From: Carcharhinus amblyrhynchos
Taxonomy: Eukaryota
Direction: 5' to 3'
Assembly (NCBI GenBank): GCA_965287045.1
Contig: OZ336885.1
Coordinates: forward strand, 62,806,001 to 62,870,000
DNA: 64,000 nucleotides
The notes beneath the pieces are model-generated. The model was not told the DNA's origin. It did not search any database and saw only the letters and a program-made list of their open reading frames with translations. Positions 40,101-53,920 of the stretch are shown one piece after another. The translations under genes were made by a program, and so were the position numbers. Within the stretch, counting starts at the first letter, position 1; each line of letters starts with the position of its first letter.

Positions 40101-43100
40101 CAACACCGGCATCACCTCATCAGGGAATGCAAGTCAGAATGATGTTGCAGGAACAACAGCAATCGAGGGAGATTGGTGGGTGGGGGTTGGGGTGTGCTGT
40201 GCCGAAAGAGTGGGGTGCTGCCTCCCGGCGGAGGGGCTCTGATCGTGAGGGTCGGGGGCAGCCTCCCGGCGACATCTAATCGTGGGGGCGGGGGTCTGCC
40301 GGGGCAGAGGAGGGGGGGGGGCGGATTGGCGGGGGGGGGTTGTTTTCCGTTGGGTTCGATTCCCAAGGGGGATGGATCTCATGAGGGCTGCCTCCCAAGG
40401 GGGATGGATCTCGTGTAGTGTGCTCTGCCGGGAGTGGTGGTGGGGTGGGTGCGGGCGGGGGGTGGGGGGTGCCTCCCGGGGGATCCGATTGGGGATCGTC
40501 CTCCCCCTCCCCCTCCACCACCCCCGGCTCTGTTTTTTTTTGTTGTCTTTAGCGCCCTGGCGCGCTGTTTTAATTTGTTTTTCCGAACTGCGCATTCACA
40601 GTTCAGTTCGCTTATCGTTGCGGCAGCGCTAAGCGCCGCCAATACAGCGGACAGGACCGGAGCCGGCAGAAAGCGGATGGGCCCGCTGGAACGAGGATTC
40701 AGGGCTCGGATCCTTTTTACATCCGGATCCGGCACTTAGCCTTCGATTGGTAAAATCTTACCCAATACCTCAACTTGTCAGAGAATCAACATCGAGTGAC
40801 CACTGATGAACAAAAAGTTATGTCACTTTTTTTTAAAATGCCAGATTTTAGTTTTTATTCAAAAGACTTGTGAGGTTCTGGTACTCTGCTGATCAATTTG
40901 ACTTTGATGCAGAGTTTTACGGCAAAGCTAAACAAAGAGTTCAGTAACAAGAGTGCGGGATTTTCAGGGAAGGCAACAATGTATGTTGATAATTCAAACC
41001 GATCAGAATGGGCACTACATGGCAATTATATCTGCTTCTGATGCTCATGTTTGCATATCAAAGTAACAATGGAATGAAATGTATGAACAGGGAATAAGGT
41101 AGGGAACAGGGTAAGCAGCATGTCGCTTTTCAACATGTCATAGGTAGTAGTTAGAACACAGCTGATAACAATGCATAGCTATTTCCGTCACATTTCATAC
41201 TCCATATATTTTGGGTACCGGAAATTTCAAAGAGCATTGACATATTTCTACCAGAACTTCTGAATCATAAATATCAGAATGATTAGTGACAACATGAGCT
41301 ATCCAATGATATGACAGTTGCATTTTTTTCTTATAAAAATATGGAATATAAATATACAATACAGGAACTTCAACTAAATGTGGCTACTTTGACACACACA
41401 CACACAAATGCAATTAGGAAATATTACATTTACGAGTTTCATTGTTTGAAAAAAAAAACACAAGCAATAGACCGAATTCTCGTGATTGGAGATGTGGTGA
41501 CCGGGGATTGAAACAATGCAGATGTAGGAAGAAACAAAAATGGTATGGTAAATCTGTAGTATGACTTTATTTCGAAAGAAGTATACAGATCTACAATAGT
41601 CGTTTTGATTGATAGGATTAAACTTTAAATCTACCTACTTTCCAATATTTAAAACGGTAAGACGAAATGTATCATGCTCAAAACAAATCTTTCGTTCTGT
41701 AATCTAGATTTGGACCAGTGTCAGGAAGCTTTAAAAGATCTAGGTGAGTTGAGGTATTCACTGTTACTTAAAGCTCGCCCACAAATAATTTCTACATGAC
41801 AATGACTCAAACCGACTTCTAAGAACAAACAGATCGATAAAATTCGGAAGCAGTTCAGTGTAATGTAATAACTTAACCTACACAATAAATCACATAGATT
41901 GTGTTAATTCCAATAAATTTTATGAGGAAAAAATGTCCAGTTATTTATTTCGTAGTTATTTGATGGTAAATTATGCGTGCAGTTTTGAAAAGAAAGCCTT
42001 ATTTACAGCTACAAATGTAATAACATGTTCGTACTGTGATGCGATTTCTATTAACTGACACGACTACATCGTATCCCCACGTATTTCAATTAATATGCCA
42101 TCTTTTCAAAACGGTTTGCTTCCTATTAGAGAAACGGCTGCGAGAACAAGAACAAGGTAGACTGAATAAGCTTTAAAATGTTCCAGAATGAAGCAGAAAT
42201 ATGTATCAACACGTTCGTGCTGAGACATGTTGATTCCATTGATTCATGAATTACGCAGTGTACGCGTTGGAGAATCCTTGAGTTTTGACCTGCAACTAAT
42301 TAAAGAACTACTGGAGTGAAAACATATACAACTTAGATAAACAGTAATTTTCGTTCCTCTATTGTTAATCAAGTGCTATGATAAGGTATGGTATTATTAA
42401 TGCAAGTAAAGCTAACTTCGTGATTTTGATTCTTTAGATGCAACTTGTCCCCTCAAATTATCAAAGTTACTATATATGCCTTCTTCACAGCGGCAGAGAA
42501 GGATGCTAAAATAAAAGGTACTTGCTTAAAATTTGCTTCAATGCTAGTGGAAACGGAAACACAGTTCTCATTTGCAACGGTACACATTAAAGCTTTGGTG
42601 AATGCCTTTCCAAATTTTGAGCTTGGAACATGTCCCCAGTGAATGTTTTGTCATGCAAAGTCAAAGCTTTTCAGCCTGGCCAAGTTAAGTTGCCCCTGGT
42701 TTTGTAGATGACAAAGTAAACTTACGGCCGATGACGTCAAACCTTTGGCGTCTTTTAAAGTGGCTCAGCATATCTTATCTTTGCTGCGTAGCTAGGATGT
42801 GCACAACCATCTTCAGTTTAAGCTGCTATGTTAACGACCCATTTACAACCTCTCATGTGATCACAAATGTAATAGGTGCCAGTGATTGATTTATTGTCGA
42901 GATATCAAACGGTAGTTGAATGTATTGGCTGCGGAATTGGCTGACGACTTACTGATATTGTGGAAAACGGTTGGACGTGTTTGCTGCGGCTTGGAAGATT
43001 GGGGCTGTAGTTAACACTGATCTCTCAGAGCGGCATGGTACATGCTTTCAATCCTACCTAGAGTGATTGCGTGTCGGTAGCTTTGCATTTTCCCTTTTCT

Positions 43101-45264
43101 TTACAACTTTCCTGAGGTGCAACGATTAAGTCACACAATGCAAAGATGTGCGCCTTAGGTGGGTTTCGTCATACACAATAGCCGTTCAGTAATCTCCAGA
43201 TGTTTAGCTTAGCCGGAATACCGAGGTGTACGTCAGAATAGAAGAACAGGGTCTGGTGGTTTGTTCTTTTGGAGAGGTGCTACAGGCTCAATAGGTCCAT
43301 TCATTCCACAATAACATGTCTAATCTGGCGAAAAACTGAACAAAAAACTGAACAAAAAAATCTAATTAGTTTGTCGCCCGTTCTGTGAATTTGTACAAAC
43401 CAATCAGTTGTTCAACCATATAAATTAGCTTACATCAAGGGTTCTTTGCTTTTGGTCTAAGTACGGAATTGATTGGAAATGAACTCCAGTAAAGATATAG
43501 TTGAATTATCAAGTGGGATTTAGCCTCTTGTGGTACTGAAGACGAACCAAGTTTATAAAAGGCTCTGGGAGCAATTTCCCACAAATTTCCAGGGGCGAAA
43601 ATGTGGTAAAATCGGACGTGATACGAATTGCATGATTTGCGTCCTGGGAGCAACACAAGACAGCTAATAACTGGTCTGCCTGAATACTTTGGGATTGCTC
43701 CCGACAATCTTCTTTGCTCCAGTGTGACTGTCTCCGAGTCTTACATTCCATGGCCCTGTTACTGCATATCTAGCAGTAGAATTAGAATTAATCTCTGAAG
43801 TATTGCGTATTGTACGTTGCCTGCTGAGTTCTTGCGTCCAGCCAACCACCCCAAAGAACAGGTGCCTTATTTACCCTCCCCCTCCGATGTACACCATCAA
43901 ATATGTCGTAATTACCAGCGTTGTTTTCAGTTTCATTCTTCGCCAGATCAGAAATGTTATTGTGGATTGAATGGACCTAGTGAACCTGTATCACCTCTCC
44001 AAAAGGGAAATCATTGAGACCCTGTTCTTCAATTCTGATGTATGACTCGGTATTCCGCCTAAACTAAACATCTGGGGAGGACGAAACGCTCTTGTGTATG
44101 CCGTGCTCACCAGAGACTGAACCATAATTCTGAGCAATAATTGGGCCCACCGACATATCATATGGCATGATGAACTGTGTGTTGGAAGATGATGCCGAAA
44201 TTCTGCCACCCTCGGAGTCGATTAACATACTCCAAGGACTCATTCCGTAGAATCTGGAGAAGGATGGGTGCGAAACGCAGTCGACGCCTCAATTTCAGAA
44301 GTTTTCAGTGCGTCCATAATCTTATCCCATAGCGTAAGTGTAAGGAAGGGAGAGGAATCGGAGATACACGAGAATAGATTCATATTTCTCTGCTGAACTC
44401 ATGACAAAGAGCAAAGGAGATGAGGGGCGCGATTCTTTGCTCGCGACGTACAACTTCTCTGTCGGGTCGCCTTAGGAGATGCGTGTCACGGGCCTTGAAC
44501 AGATATTTGCGCATGCGATGGAAATGCATGCACATGTCGCAGAGCAGCAAACAGTCGCAGGTGAGGCCAAACTAGAAACTGGCTGGAAGGCGGATACTTA
44601 AAACATTTTAAAAATATATATTTTAAATACAATTAGTAGATCATTCTCGGGACCTTTCAGAACACTGAGAGCACTGAAAAAATTAATTGAACTCATCTGG
44701 ACATCAACTCGTCATTTGCTCCCATCGTTGGAATTTACATTTTCCTCTCTTGCCACTGTCTGAATTTGTGACCAGCGCCGGTTGTTGTTCCCATTCCCTG
44801 ATACACTCACATGTGACATAACCCTGAATGGAAGACCATTATAAAAGGCCCAGTAAAGTAACATACTGATGATCAGAGGTTTGGATAGGGTGGACAGTGA
44901 TAGCCTTTTTCCTCGGATGGAGAAAGCTAGCACGAGGGGGCATAGCTTTAAATTAAGGGGTGGTAGTTATAGGACGGATGTCAGGGGTAGGTTCTTTACC
45001 CAGAGGGTGGTGAGGGATTGGAATGCCCTGCCTGCTGCAGTTGTGGATGCGCCTAGTTTGGCGACGTTTAAGAGATCCGTGGATAGGTTTATGGATGGAA
45101 AGGGTTTGGTTTAGGTTAGAGGGTCATTGTTTTTTAACTGGTCGGCGCAACATCGTGGGCCGAAGGGCTTGTTCTGCGCTGTAATGTTCTATGTTCTATA
45201 TGTTCTATGATTGTTCTCCTGATATGTTGCTGTGCACCATATATAGAAGGTAAACTGGTGCAGA

Positions 45265-45302
<38 letters not shown>

Positions 45303-48300
45303 GACAAAAGTGCACCAAATCTCCCGATGCCATTTCCAGCTCACTTCATATTCGGAAGGCGTATGGCACGGGCAGGTAAGTCTGAGGCGGTAGCCTCAGA
45401 TAGGTGTCCATACGTTTGGTTGACTCGCTTGTTCAAAAAAACTTGCGGGAAACCTGACCAGAATGAAGTTCGGTCATCGGGGCACCGTGGGGGATCGTGC
45501 AGGGCGAGGGGTGGGGCGGGGGGGTGGGGTGCGCGGTGGTGGGGGGTGTTCCCGACCGGGCTTGGGCAACCTGGTGTTGATAGCCTGTGCCCCTGGCTCT
45601 ACTCAAGGGGCAAAGTAACCGTGCTCAAGGGGGCACCTTGTCCCTGCCCATCAGGAATCGGGCGGTGGGGCCTAATGTGGGCGCGGCCAAAGGGTAATCG
45701 GAGCACGTGGAAGATCCCTCGCCACTCTGCGGACAAGTTTGTTCTGTGATGGAAGTTGGGGTGGGCCAGGGGCTTGCCTACGGATGGGATTGATGTGCCT
45801 CAACGGGTGCATTACTCAGGGGTCAGTGAGAAAGTGGTCTGCAGGGTGTTGATGAATGGCACATCTGAGAGGGGGTGGTGCGGGGAGAGGGGAGGGTGAA
45901 GGGCCTGTGCATCGGGGCTCTTTATGGGGGTTTGCGCGGTCAGCACTGGCCCAGGTATTGCTCTAGGGGCCGCAATCAGGCACTGGGGGTGGGGTGTGGC
46001 GGAGGAGTGGTGGGGCTGAGCTGTGATGCTCTCGGCCTGGGCAGCAACTGAACTGGCCAGCAAAAAGGGAGTCTGACACATCGGGACCACTGCAAGCCCA
46101 CAACTGTCCGACTCCGGAGTGAAGTGACCCCATCCCCTGGGTTTGTCATAGTTATAACGACTACGACTTCTTCGGTGCACAGAGTGCGGATATTCAGTTG
46201 AGAACCTGAACTGACCGTCAGGAATTCGAACAATTTTCCCGTCATTTAATCGTATTTGGCAGAATCGCCCTCTACATCTCGGGAACAGACTCGTTGACTT
46301 CCCAAGTCTGCAGCGACCAGGCTAGGCGTACGAATTGTACCCCCCCCCCCCCCCCCCCTTGTCCAGGGAACCGTATTCCTTTCCCCCTTAAAGACGCCCT
46401 TAAAGTTCACTCTCCTCTTCACGACCTCCCATGACAGCGAGTTCCAGGCACCCGCCATACAACCTGTATAAATAAACATGTATTGAACATTTCACTTAAA
46501 CTTTGCTTCTCACAGCCAAGCCACATGCCACTTAGAAAATGCCTCACATTGATTGGAGATTTAAAAAGTGCAAAATTTATTGATTTTAAACCAAGCATGT
46601 TGTACCTCCACTTCCTCAGGCAGCTCCAGGACCCGCTCCTGACATTTGGTGAGGATTCATAGGTCTGGCTGGCTACCTCCTGTCTTCAACCTCTCTCCGG
46701 TGTTATGGTTGGTCTTTGCTGAGCGTAGAAGAAAGAATGGAAGGAATAATGGCGTGACACAGCAGATTATCTGGGGATGAAACTCCGTGGAGAGTGATAG
46801 GAAGACGGTGCTTGGGGTTAGGGACTGAAAGCTTGCAGAGTGCTGGGTAGGAGGATAGGGAGGAAATTTGTGGGAAGATGCTTGATGGGGTGACGCAATC
46901 ACCGTTGCAGCTCAGATGAGGTCATTGAACTTCTTATGACACTGCTTGCTGGTGCTGCTGGCCAGTGCCATGGCACTGAGAGAGGTAGTAACTGCCTCCC
47001 AGGCCACATTGTCATCAACTCCCCTGGCATCGTGCCCTTCTGGGGTGAAACTAATGCCCCACCTTGCCTGCGCCCCACCCAGCAGCAAGCGAGGCCATCA
47101 CCAGTGAATCTGGGTGCCGTACGTTGGGCCACGTTTTGCTGCACCTCGAACTGTCCAACATTTTGTTAATTATTTTAGAGTGCTGCCCCTTGACATAACA
47201 GATCAGCTGCAGGCATGTTCGCAGAACATTTTAATTAGTAGCATCAAATGTCCGTGATAGCATTGTGTGGAAAGCAATGAAAAATTTACTGGTGTGCTGA
47301 TGGCTGACTAGATCAGTGTCTCTATGATGATTACGGACGAGAGAGAGAGACAGGGAGAATTGTCTTGCCGCCGTCAGAGTTGGGGGAAATGAGTGCAATG
47401 TGGAGGAATTTCCAAGATTGGGCAGAGGGAGAGAGGGATCGCTTTGCCCGAGACAAGTCAGCGGAAGCGGAGGGATCGCTCTGCCTGAGATCGGTGGGGG
47501 CAATGGGGGGTTGGGTGGGACAGCGTCACATTTCATGATACTGATAGGGGGAGGGGGCCGGCGGGGGTTTGCTTCAGGTAGGGGTTGCTGTAATTTTTCC
47601 TGCAATTTGTTGGGGGTGGGGGGGGGGGGGTGCATGGAGGCCGTTGCTACTCTCCCTCCATCAGTAGGGATGCCACTCTACCTGCCATCGGTCACCGCTG
47701 TCACTCCGCCTGTAATCTGTGATTAGAGGGGCTGTGCCATTCTGCGTGGGACCATTGAAGGGAAAGAAGCACCGCTTCAACTCTTCCTCTGAAGGATAAG
47801 GGGGAAAGGGGGCGCGATCTGTCTGGGCGGCGAAGTGGTGAGGGCATAAGGGGCTATTAATGCTAGGGAGCCTGGAGGAATGTGTCTGCATCCCATCATT
47901 TGTATGCACGTGAAGAATTTGTTGCTCCAACCGGAGCTGCATTGCATCGGACGCGTTCAGCAGTGCACGCAGGCTTCTGCATCAACATTCGGAACCGGGG
48001 ATTTTTTTTTTTAGAAACCTCAATTTGGGATCATAAAACGAAACTGAAACAGTGCCAGTTTCAATACCGCCCAGCACATAGTATGAAAATGGTAGAATTT
48101 GTTTTTCAGTTTGTGCGCGCGCGCGTGTGTGTGTGTGTGTGTGTGTGTGTGGTTACTCTGCTTGTGTGTGCGTGTTTGTTTGTGCTTGTTCGTCCTGATT
48201 TTGATCGGAGGGTAAAAAGTTGCATAAACAGGCATTTTTTTTTTGTTCCAGTGAGTCATGCCCGCCACCTACAACGTGAAAGTCACGAGTATGATGGCAT

Positions 48301-51300
48301 ATGTTGCAGTTCATGAATGAGCAAAACATCAAAAATCATCAAGCAGAGTGAAACCATCAGGGAAAACAAAGTGCTCGCAAGTCATAGAACTTACATCATC
48401 TATAACGTGATGGATGCATCGATCCAGAGCTGTTAGGACAAATTTGTAAATTATCTGCTATAATAAGCCATGACACTTACGTTAAAATTGGTTTTGCTCA
48501 TATCAGTTGCAGGTCAAAATATGTCAGCTCTGGTTTGTCAGAAATCATTCATACACCCAACCCCTTATACCGAAAAATGAAATGAATTATCAAGTAGACG
48601 GTTTCTGATACCAACCTATTGTACTTTTAATTGGCATGTGTTGTTCTGGATATCTAAATTATCTGAAAGATAAACAATTCGAAGCATTGGAGATGATTTA
48701 CCGATAGCGACCCACAATTTTTCTGTGAGGTCGGGACGGGAAATGCACGGGTTGGCCATTTCGCGATTTCTCAGGCAAGTTTTCCGATGCATTCGCATCT
48801 CCCAGCCGGAGAAAAGTGTAGCCGCCGGAACCCGCCGATAACCAATGGGCCGCTGAGTAGTATGAGTTTGCATATCATTGCATGCAGTTTTCGGAATCCG
48901 CACGTCAATATCAGCGCATGTCTGCGTCTCCCACATCATTGGCGTGATGTAATTTTGGCGCAAATTAGAACAGATATTTAAAATTTGCAACCTCGTTTGG
49001 CAGCCTTAAAAGTGGGTGTTTTTGACAGACAAGGGAATTAAGGGTTATGAGTAGAGATCGGGAAAGTGGAACTGATCCACTTCAGATCAACCATGAACGT
49101 ATTGAATGGCGGGGCATGCTCGAAGGGCTAGATGACCTACTCCTGTTCTTATTTCGTATGTTCTTGTGCGGGAGTAAGCGTTAGTGCAGCGGGGCGGGGG
49201 AGGATGTTGCAGGCAGATATTGTAGAAGCAGAGAGGGAAGTGCGGGTGGATGTGCTTCTATTTCCTCACAGCTCTCTGGGTTGTGATGAGCTTCCATCAG
49301 ACAGTCCTACTCCACACCTCCAACTCCCCACGCACCAAACCCTGCCCCCTCCCCTACAGACACACACACATACCTCGCAGTGCTTACGCGCTATGTGGAA
49401 GGCAGCATCGAGTGCTCCCGCTTCTTACCCCAGCCTCCCAAGCAACGCTGAAGCGCATTGTGCAAATCATTCGGGAGAACTCCCCTGTCCACTCCCACCT
49501 CCGCACCAATTTGTATTGACATTGTCTTGCTGCGGAATGTTATTACGGACTGTACAAATTCCTGGCGGAATAAGAATGTAACACGTACTCACTGAGGTGT
49601 AAACAGATAAACCAGTTGCTCCTCCAGGCCGGGGTTCACAGATTTAGCCATGGACTGCATGCAATCTGTTGTCACTGAGCACACATCTTATTTGGATTTG
49701 AATTCTTTCCATGTCCTGTGACACGGACCAGCAACACATGACTGTAACAGATTCTACAGTTGTACAAATAACAATGGCTCAAGAGTGCGCATTGCCCGCG
49801 TCTCCATATTCGGTACTACCATTTGTCATGATAGGAATCTCACACAACACTAATCCGGCCATGTATGTCACCACGGATTGTGTTGGGTTGCCAACTCCCA
49901 CAAGTGGGAATGCTGGCCTTAGTGAGGAATTGTGATGGTTGTCTGTTTATGCAGCCAATGATAATAATCCATCATTCCACGCTCCTTCCAAACCCCGCTG
50001 CTCAGAGGTCTCTCGCTTTGCTAGATCTGGAGCAGGAAATGTTGGTGCGTAGGAGGAGGAGTCCATGGCTCTGGAGGTGGCTGAGTGGCGGGGCAACCGC
50101 AACAGTAGCCACCACCAGGCCTTCAGGAACGAGGGCCAGGTCGTGGGTGGGAGCTCTCAAGAAGATGCATAGAAGGCAGGGGATGCTGAGGCCAAGGAGG
50201 TAAAGGCCCCACATTTCCTTTGAGGCCGTCTGGGACGAACTGTGCCAACGCTGGCTGCGCCTGTCCAAGACAACATTTCATCAAATTTGTGAGGTGCGCT
50301 CACACCTGGTACTTCAGGGGAACGGCGGGCACCTGTTTCCTGTGGCCGTAAAACGGACAGCAGCTATCCATTTCTATGCTTCCAGGTCATTCCAGGCTCC
50401 CAGAGGCGACCTAGCTGGGATCTCCCAGTCCTCCATGTACCGTTTTGTGTGGCAAGTGACAGATATGTTGTACACCCGAGCAGGGCACTTAATTAATTTT
50501 GATGTCGGCGTGCACAGCTGGAGGCCCCGGCTCTCGGCTTTGCATCCATCGCCGGAATTCTGAATGTGCAGGACGCAGTGGAAGGAAAGCACATCACCTT
50601 GCGTGATCCCCATGCAGGGCGGGAACAATTTTTGAACTGGAACGGGTTCTACTCCCTGAACGTTCAAATTGTCTGTGATCATCGGCTCAAAATCCTGCAG
50701 CTTAATGACGCCAACGAAGGAGTCTGCGTTATAGTTTTGTAACCCGGCAGTCAGACACCCCTGGGTTCTTTGATGACGAGCCCAGGCCCCGGGATGGTTA
50801 CTTGTTAACAAGGGATTCTGACTAATGTCATGGTTGATGACGCCTGAGCGGTGGCCCCAGACCGAAGGAGAAAACCGGTACAACGAGGTAACCCATCAAA
50901 CTTGTCGGTCGTTGAGCAGTGCTTCGTCCTGCTCAAGATGTGGTTCCACTCCTCGGGTCTCTCTCGGGAAGTCCTCCAGTATGACGGTGTGCAATCTTCA
51001 ACAATGTTATTGTTTGCTGCGCCCTGCACAACATTGCCAAACAGTGGAAGGGGGGTGGTGGGGGGGAGGGGGAGGGGACAAGCTGGAATAGGGGGAGGAG
51101 GAGAAGCAGCAGCAGCAGCAGCAGAAAGGGGACAGTGCGGGCGCCCCACCACATGCAGAGATGGAGGGGAGATGGTGGACAGCAATGACAAGTTTACAGC
51201 AAGGATTGACAGCGAGGGACGCCTTGCTTGCAAAGCGTTCCGCCGAGCTGGCGCTGTGTAGTTCGGGGGAAGCAAGACATGCACATCTTTCCTACGCCAG

Positions 51301-53883
51301 GAACAAGTAAAAGCACTATTCCCCCTCCTAACCAACCTGAACCCTTTTAACCACCACATCACCCTTCCCTACAAGGGAACAATATTTCTGTCTTCCCTAA
51401 ACAGCCTTGCAGTCACAGCATGTTTGCTGACAGCCCTTCCACAACAACCCGGGTGTCCATGATGCATCTGTGTCAGCTTTGGGAGAGACAAACCCAGAAG
51501 CCCAGAAGCTTGCTTGAGGACAGCTATATCCTGGTCTCCAGCAGATCACCGTATGCCCAAGCCCTCGGATGGGACCCCCTCTACCCAATAAGCATCAGCG
51601 ACAGTGATTCGTTCACGGTGTCATGACCCAGAAGCCTCAATACGAAAGGTGCCCACATTGTGAATGTCTCTATGTTGGTGTGTTGCATGCTGGATGATGA
51701 TGACACTTCAGTGGTCCTGCTCTCAGAGGTTTTATCAGTGCTTCCCTCTGAGATGTCACCTAAAGGGTCGTAGGCAGTTACCTCCAGGGTAGCGAAGGTG
51801 GCAGCAAATCCCGAATAGTTGGGCTCCTCTGGGTCTAGAGCTGGAAAAATAGAACATGCATTTGGGAGAGAGAGAGGAAAACATTCTCTGCAGCAACGCA
51901 GGTATTTAGAGTAGAGCGATGCTTGAGGGTGAGCTTCTGCTCTCTGCATGCTGTTTGCTGTCCTGGCTGCCAGTGTCCGTTCGGTATGGCCCATCATCCT
52001 ATGACAGCTTCATGGTACACTCATCCATGCTACTCCGTTTCCACATGTCATGCACACCCCTACCAAACGGTGACGTCTCCCGTGCTTTGCAGAATTTGTT
52101 TTTTTTTGTGGGAATATAAGGTGGACAGCAAGCATTAACATATTGACCACAGAATGGCACTCATTGAGGGATGAGGGAAGTGATTAAATTCTGTTCACAT
52201 GTTGCATGTCCTTCTTGTGTCTGAGTAGGCTTGCAGATCCGTGCCACGCATTTGTGCAATTTCAAGTTTAATGTCACTCAGCCTTGCTGCTCGCAGACGA
52301 TCGTGCAGTTTATTTTTGGTCACTTCCTGCCAGAGCACGGTGGCAGGCTCCTGGCATTCACCACATCTGTCACCCTCCCACAATGCCATGGCAAATGCAC
52401 CCTTGATTTAGGGCGCTGGCCAGTGAGCAGATGATCACATCTCTCCTCTACGCCATCTAGGAAATCCTACTGGCCTGCCTACAAATATCTGGAGAACGCT
52501 TTCTGTGTGTCGATCTTTTTGGCGTGACTGGGTGTGGATCCATTCCTGCAGCTTATATAGAGCTCTGGCTTATTAGTTGAGTGCAGGGACAGTGAGTGTG
52601 GCCAGTTGATAGCACACGCCTATGCCAGAGTTTGAAGTTTTCATTCAGTTGAGTGTGATTCATCCCTGAGCATTTTGATTGGCCTCCATTCAGTCGGCTG
52701 TTGTGTCCGGGTTATGGTGGTGGCGGCGGGTGGGGTGGGGCGCGGGGTGATTTTAATAATCAGGATTCTTAATTGATTCGCTGCTGTGTTCGGGGGGAGG
52801 GAGTTGCAATAACAAAGAATCCAATTCAAGACAGGGAATGATTACAACCAGGGGTTCTGCATATCAGCACAGTCCTAGTCCTCTGCAGGGCAGCGGCGAG
52901 GACATTATGTTCAAGGGATGGGGAGATTGCGTACCTGCAGTATCCGGGTACATGGGGGCATGATGTGAGCGGGCAGCCATGCCTCCTTGTGGGGAACACG
53001 GGGATGTGGGGGCGGGAGGTCTATGATGCCAGCGGTATCTCTACACGGTTTTGTTGGGCTTGTGGGGGCCAATAATGAGGCCAGGGATGAGGTGTGTGTC
53101 TGTTGCGGGGTGGGGGGGGGGGGGGGGGGCGGGTGGAGAAGCGAGGGAGCGGTGGTTGTGGGGCCCAGCGATTAGTTCGAGTGTTTGAGGACAGTGATCT
53201 ACTATTTGCCGCGATCTACCACCGTTATGCTCATATGCCGGTTCCCAGTCATCCCATCAAATTCAGGCTCTTTGCCGCGAATGAGCCCCAGCTCCCAACG
53301 TTTATTGACATACACAACTGGGCCCTCTGCAGTGCACATAGTACAGAGATTCGGGTGAAAAGCTGCACTGAGAAATCATTCGAAATTTGGAACAAATCTC
53401 CTATCAATTCAGCACTTTTGTGAGACTGGCGGCCATTAGCTAACATTGTTGTTGCGCTTGTCTTCACACGTTAGATTAGTACGCACGCAGTTCCCTTTTT
53501 ACATTCAGAGTATTGTTCGTACTCCATTGCATATCGGGTTCAATTCATAAATGTTGTATTAATATGTATGCCCCAAACAGATGACAGAATATGTGAACTA
53601 AAAGCAGGTATGTGAGTGAATGCAGAACATCAGCTGAGACGTTTTCAAAGCATACGTTTTCATGTTATCTCTTCCATAGACTATTTAAAATCTACTTTAC
53701 GTATTGTTGAATAATTAACCTAGTTTTTTAAAGAACGTCATTGAATATCGAAAAAATGAATAACGAGAAAATGGTAAAAGTCGTAATTAATCCAACGTCC
53801 TCATGCAAGTAAGAACGATGGGGCTGCTACAAACAGGAGCAGAATCAAGAAACATAATCACGTATACACACGTATACACACGT

Positions 53884-53920
<37 letters not shown>

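Larger units (their letters stand above)
44424..46270. mobile_element. Non-autonomous GC-rich DNA transposon interrupted by a CR1
   Basis: Left gggcgcgattct, right agaatcgccc (imperfect TIR); G-rich interior. Confidence 0.55.
48690..53401 (+). mobile_element. Decayed, roughly full-length Harbinger/PIF transposon
   Basis: Convergent nuclease and Myb/SANT remnants; ends ggagat.. / ..atctcc form degenerate TIRs. Confidence 0.8.

Noticed and set aside
39335-40739. Long Pro/Gly-rich ORFs (203-225 aa) on both strands
   Set aside because: By-products of GC-rich transposon interior; open in several frames with no domain-like sequence.
50010-51260. Domesticated host HARBI1 gene
   Set aside because: Multiple frameshifts and stops, altered catalytic motifs, and it lies within a transposon with its Myb partner.
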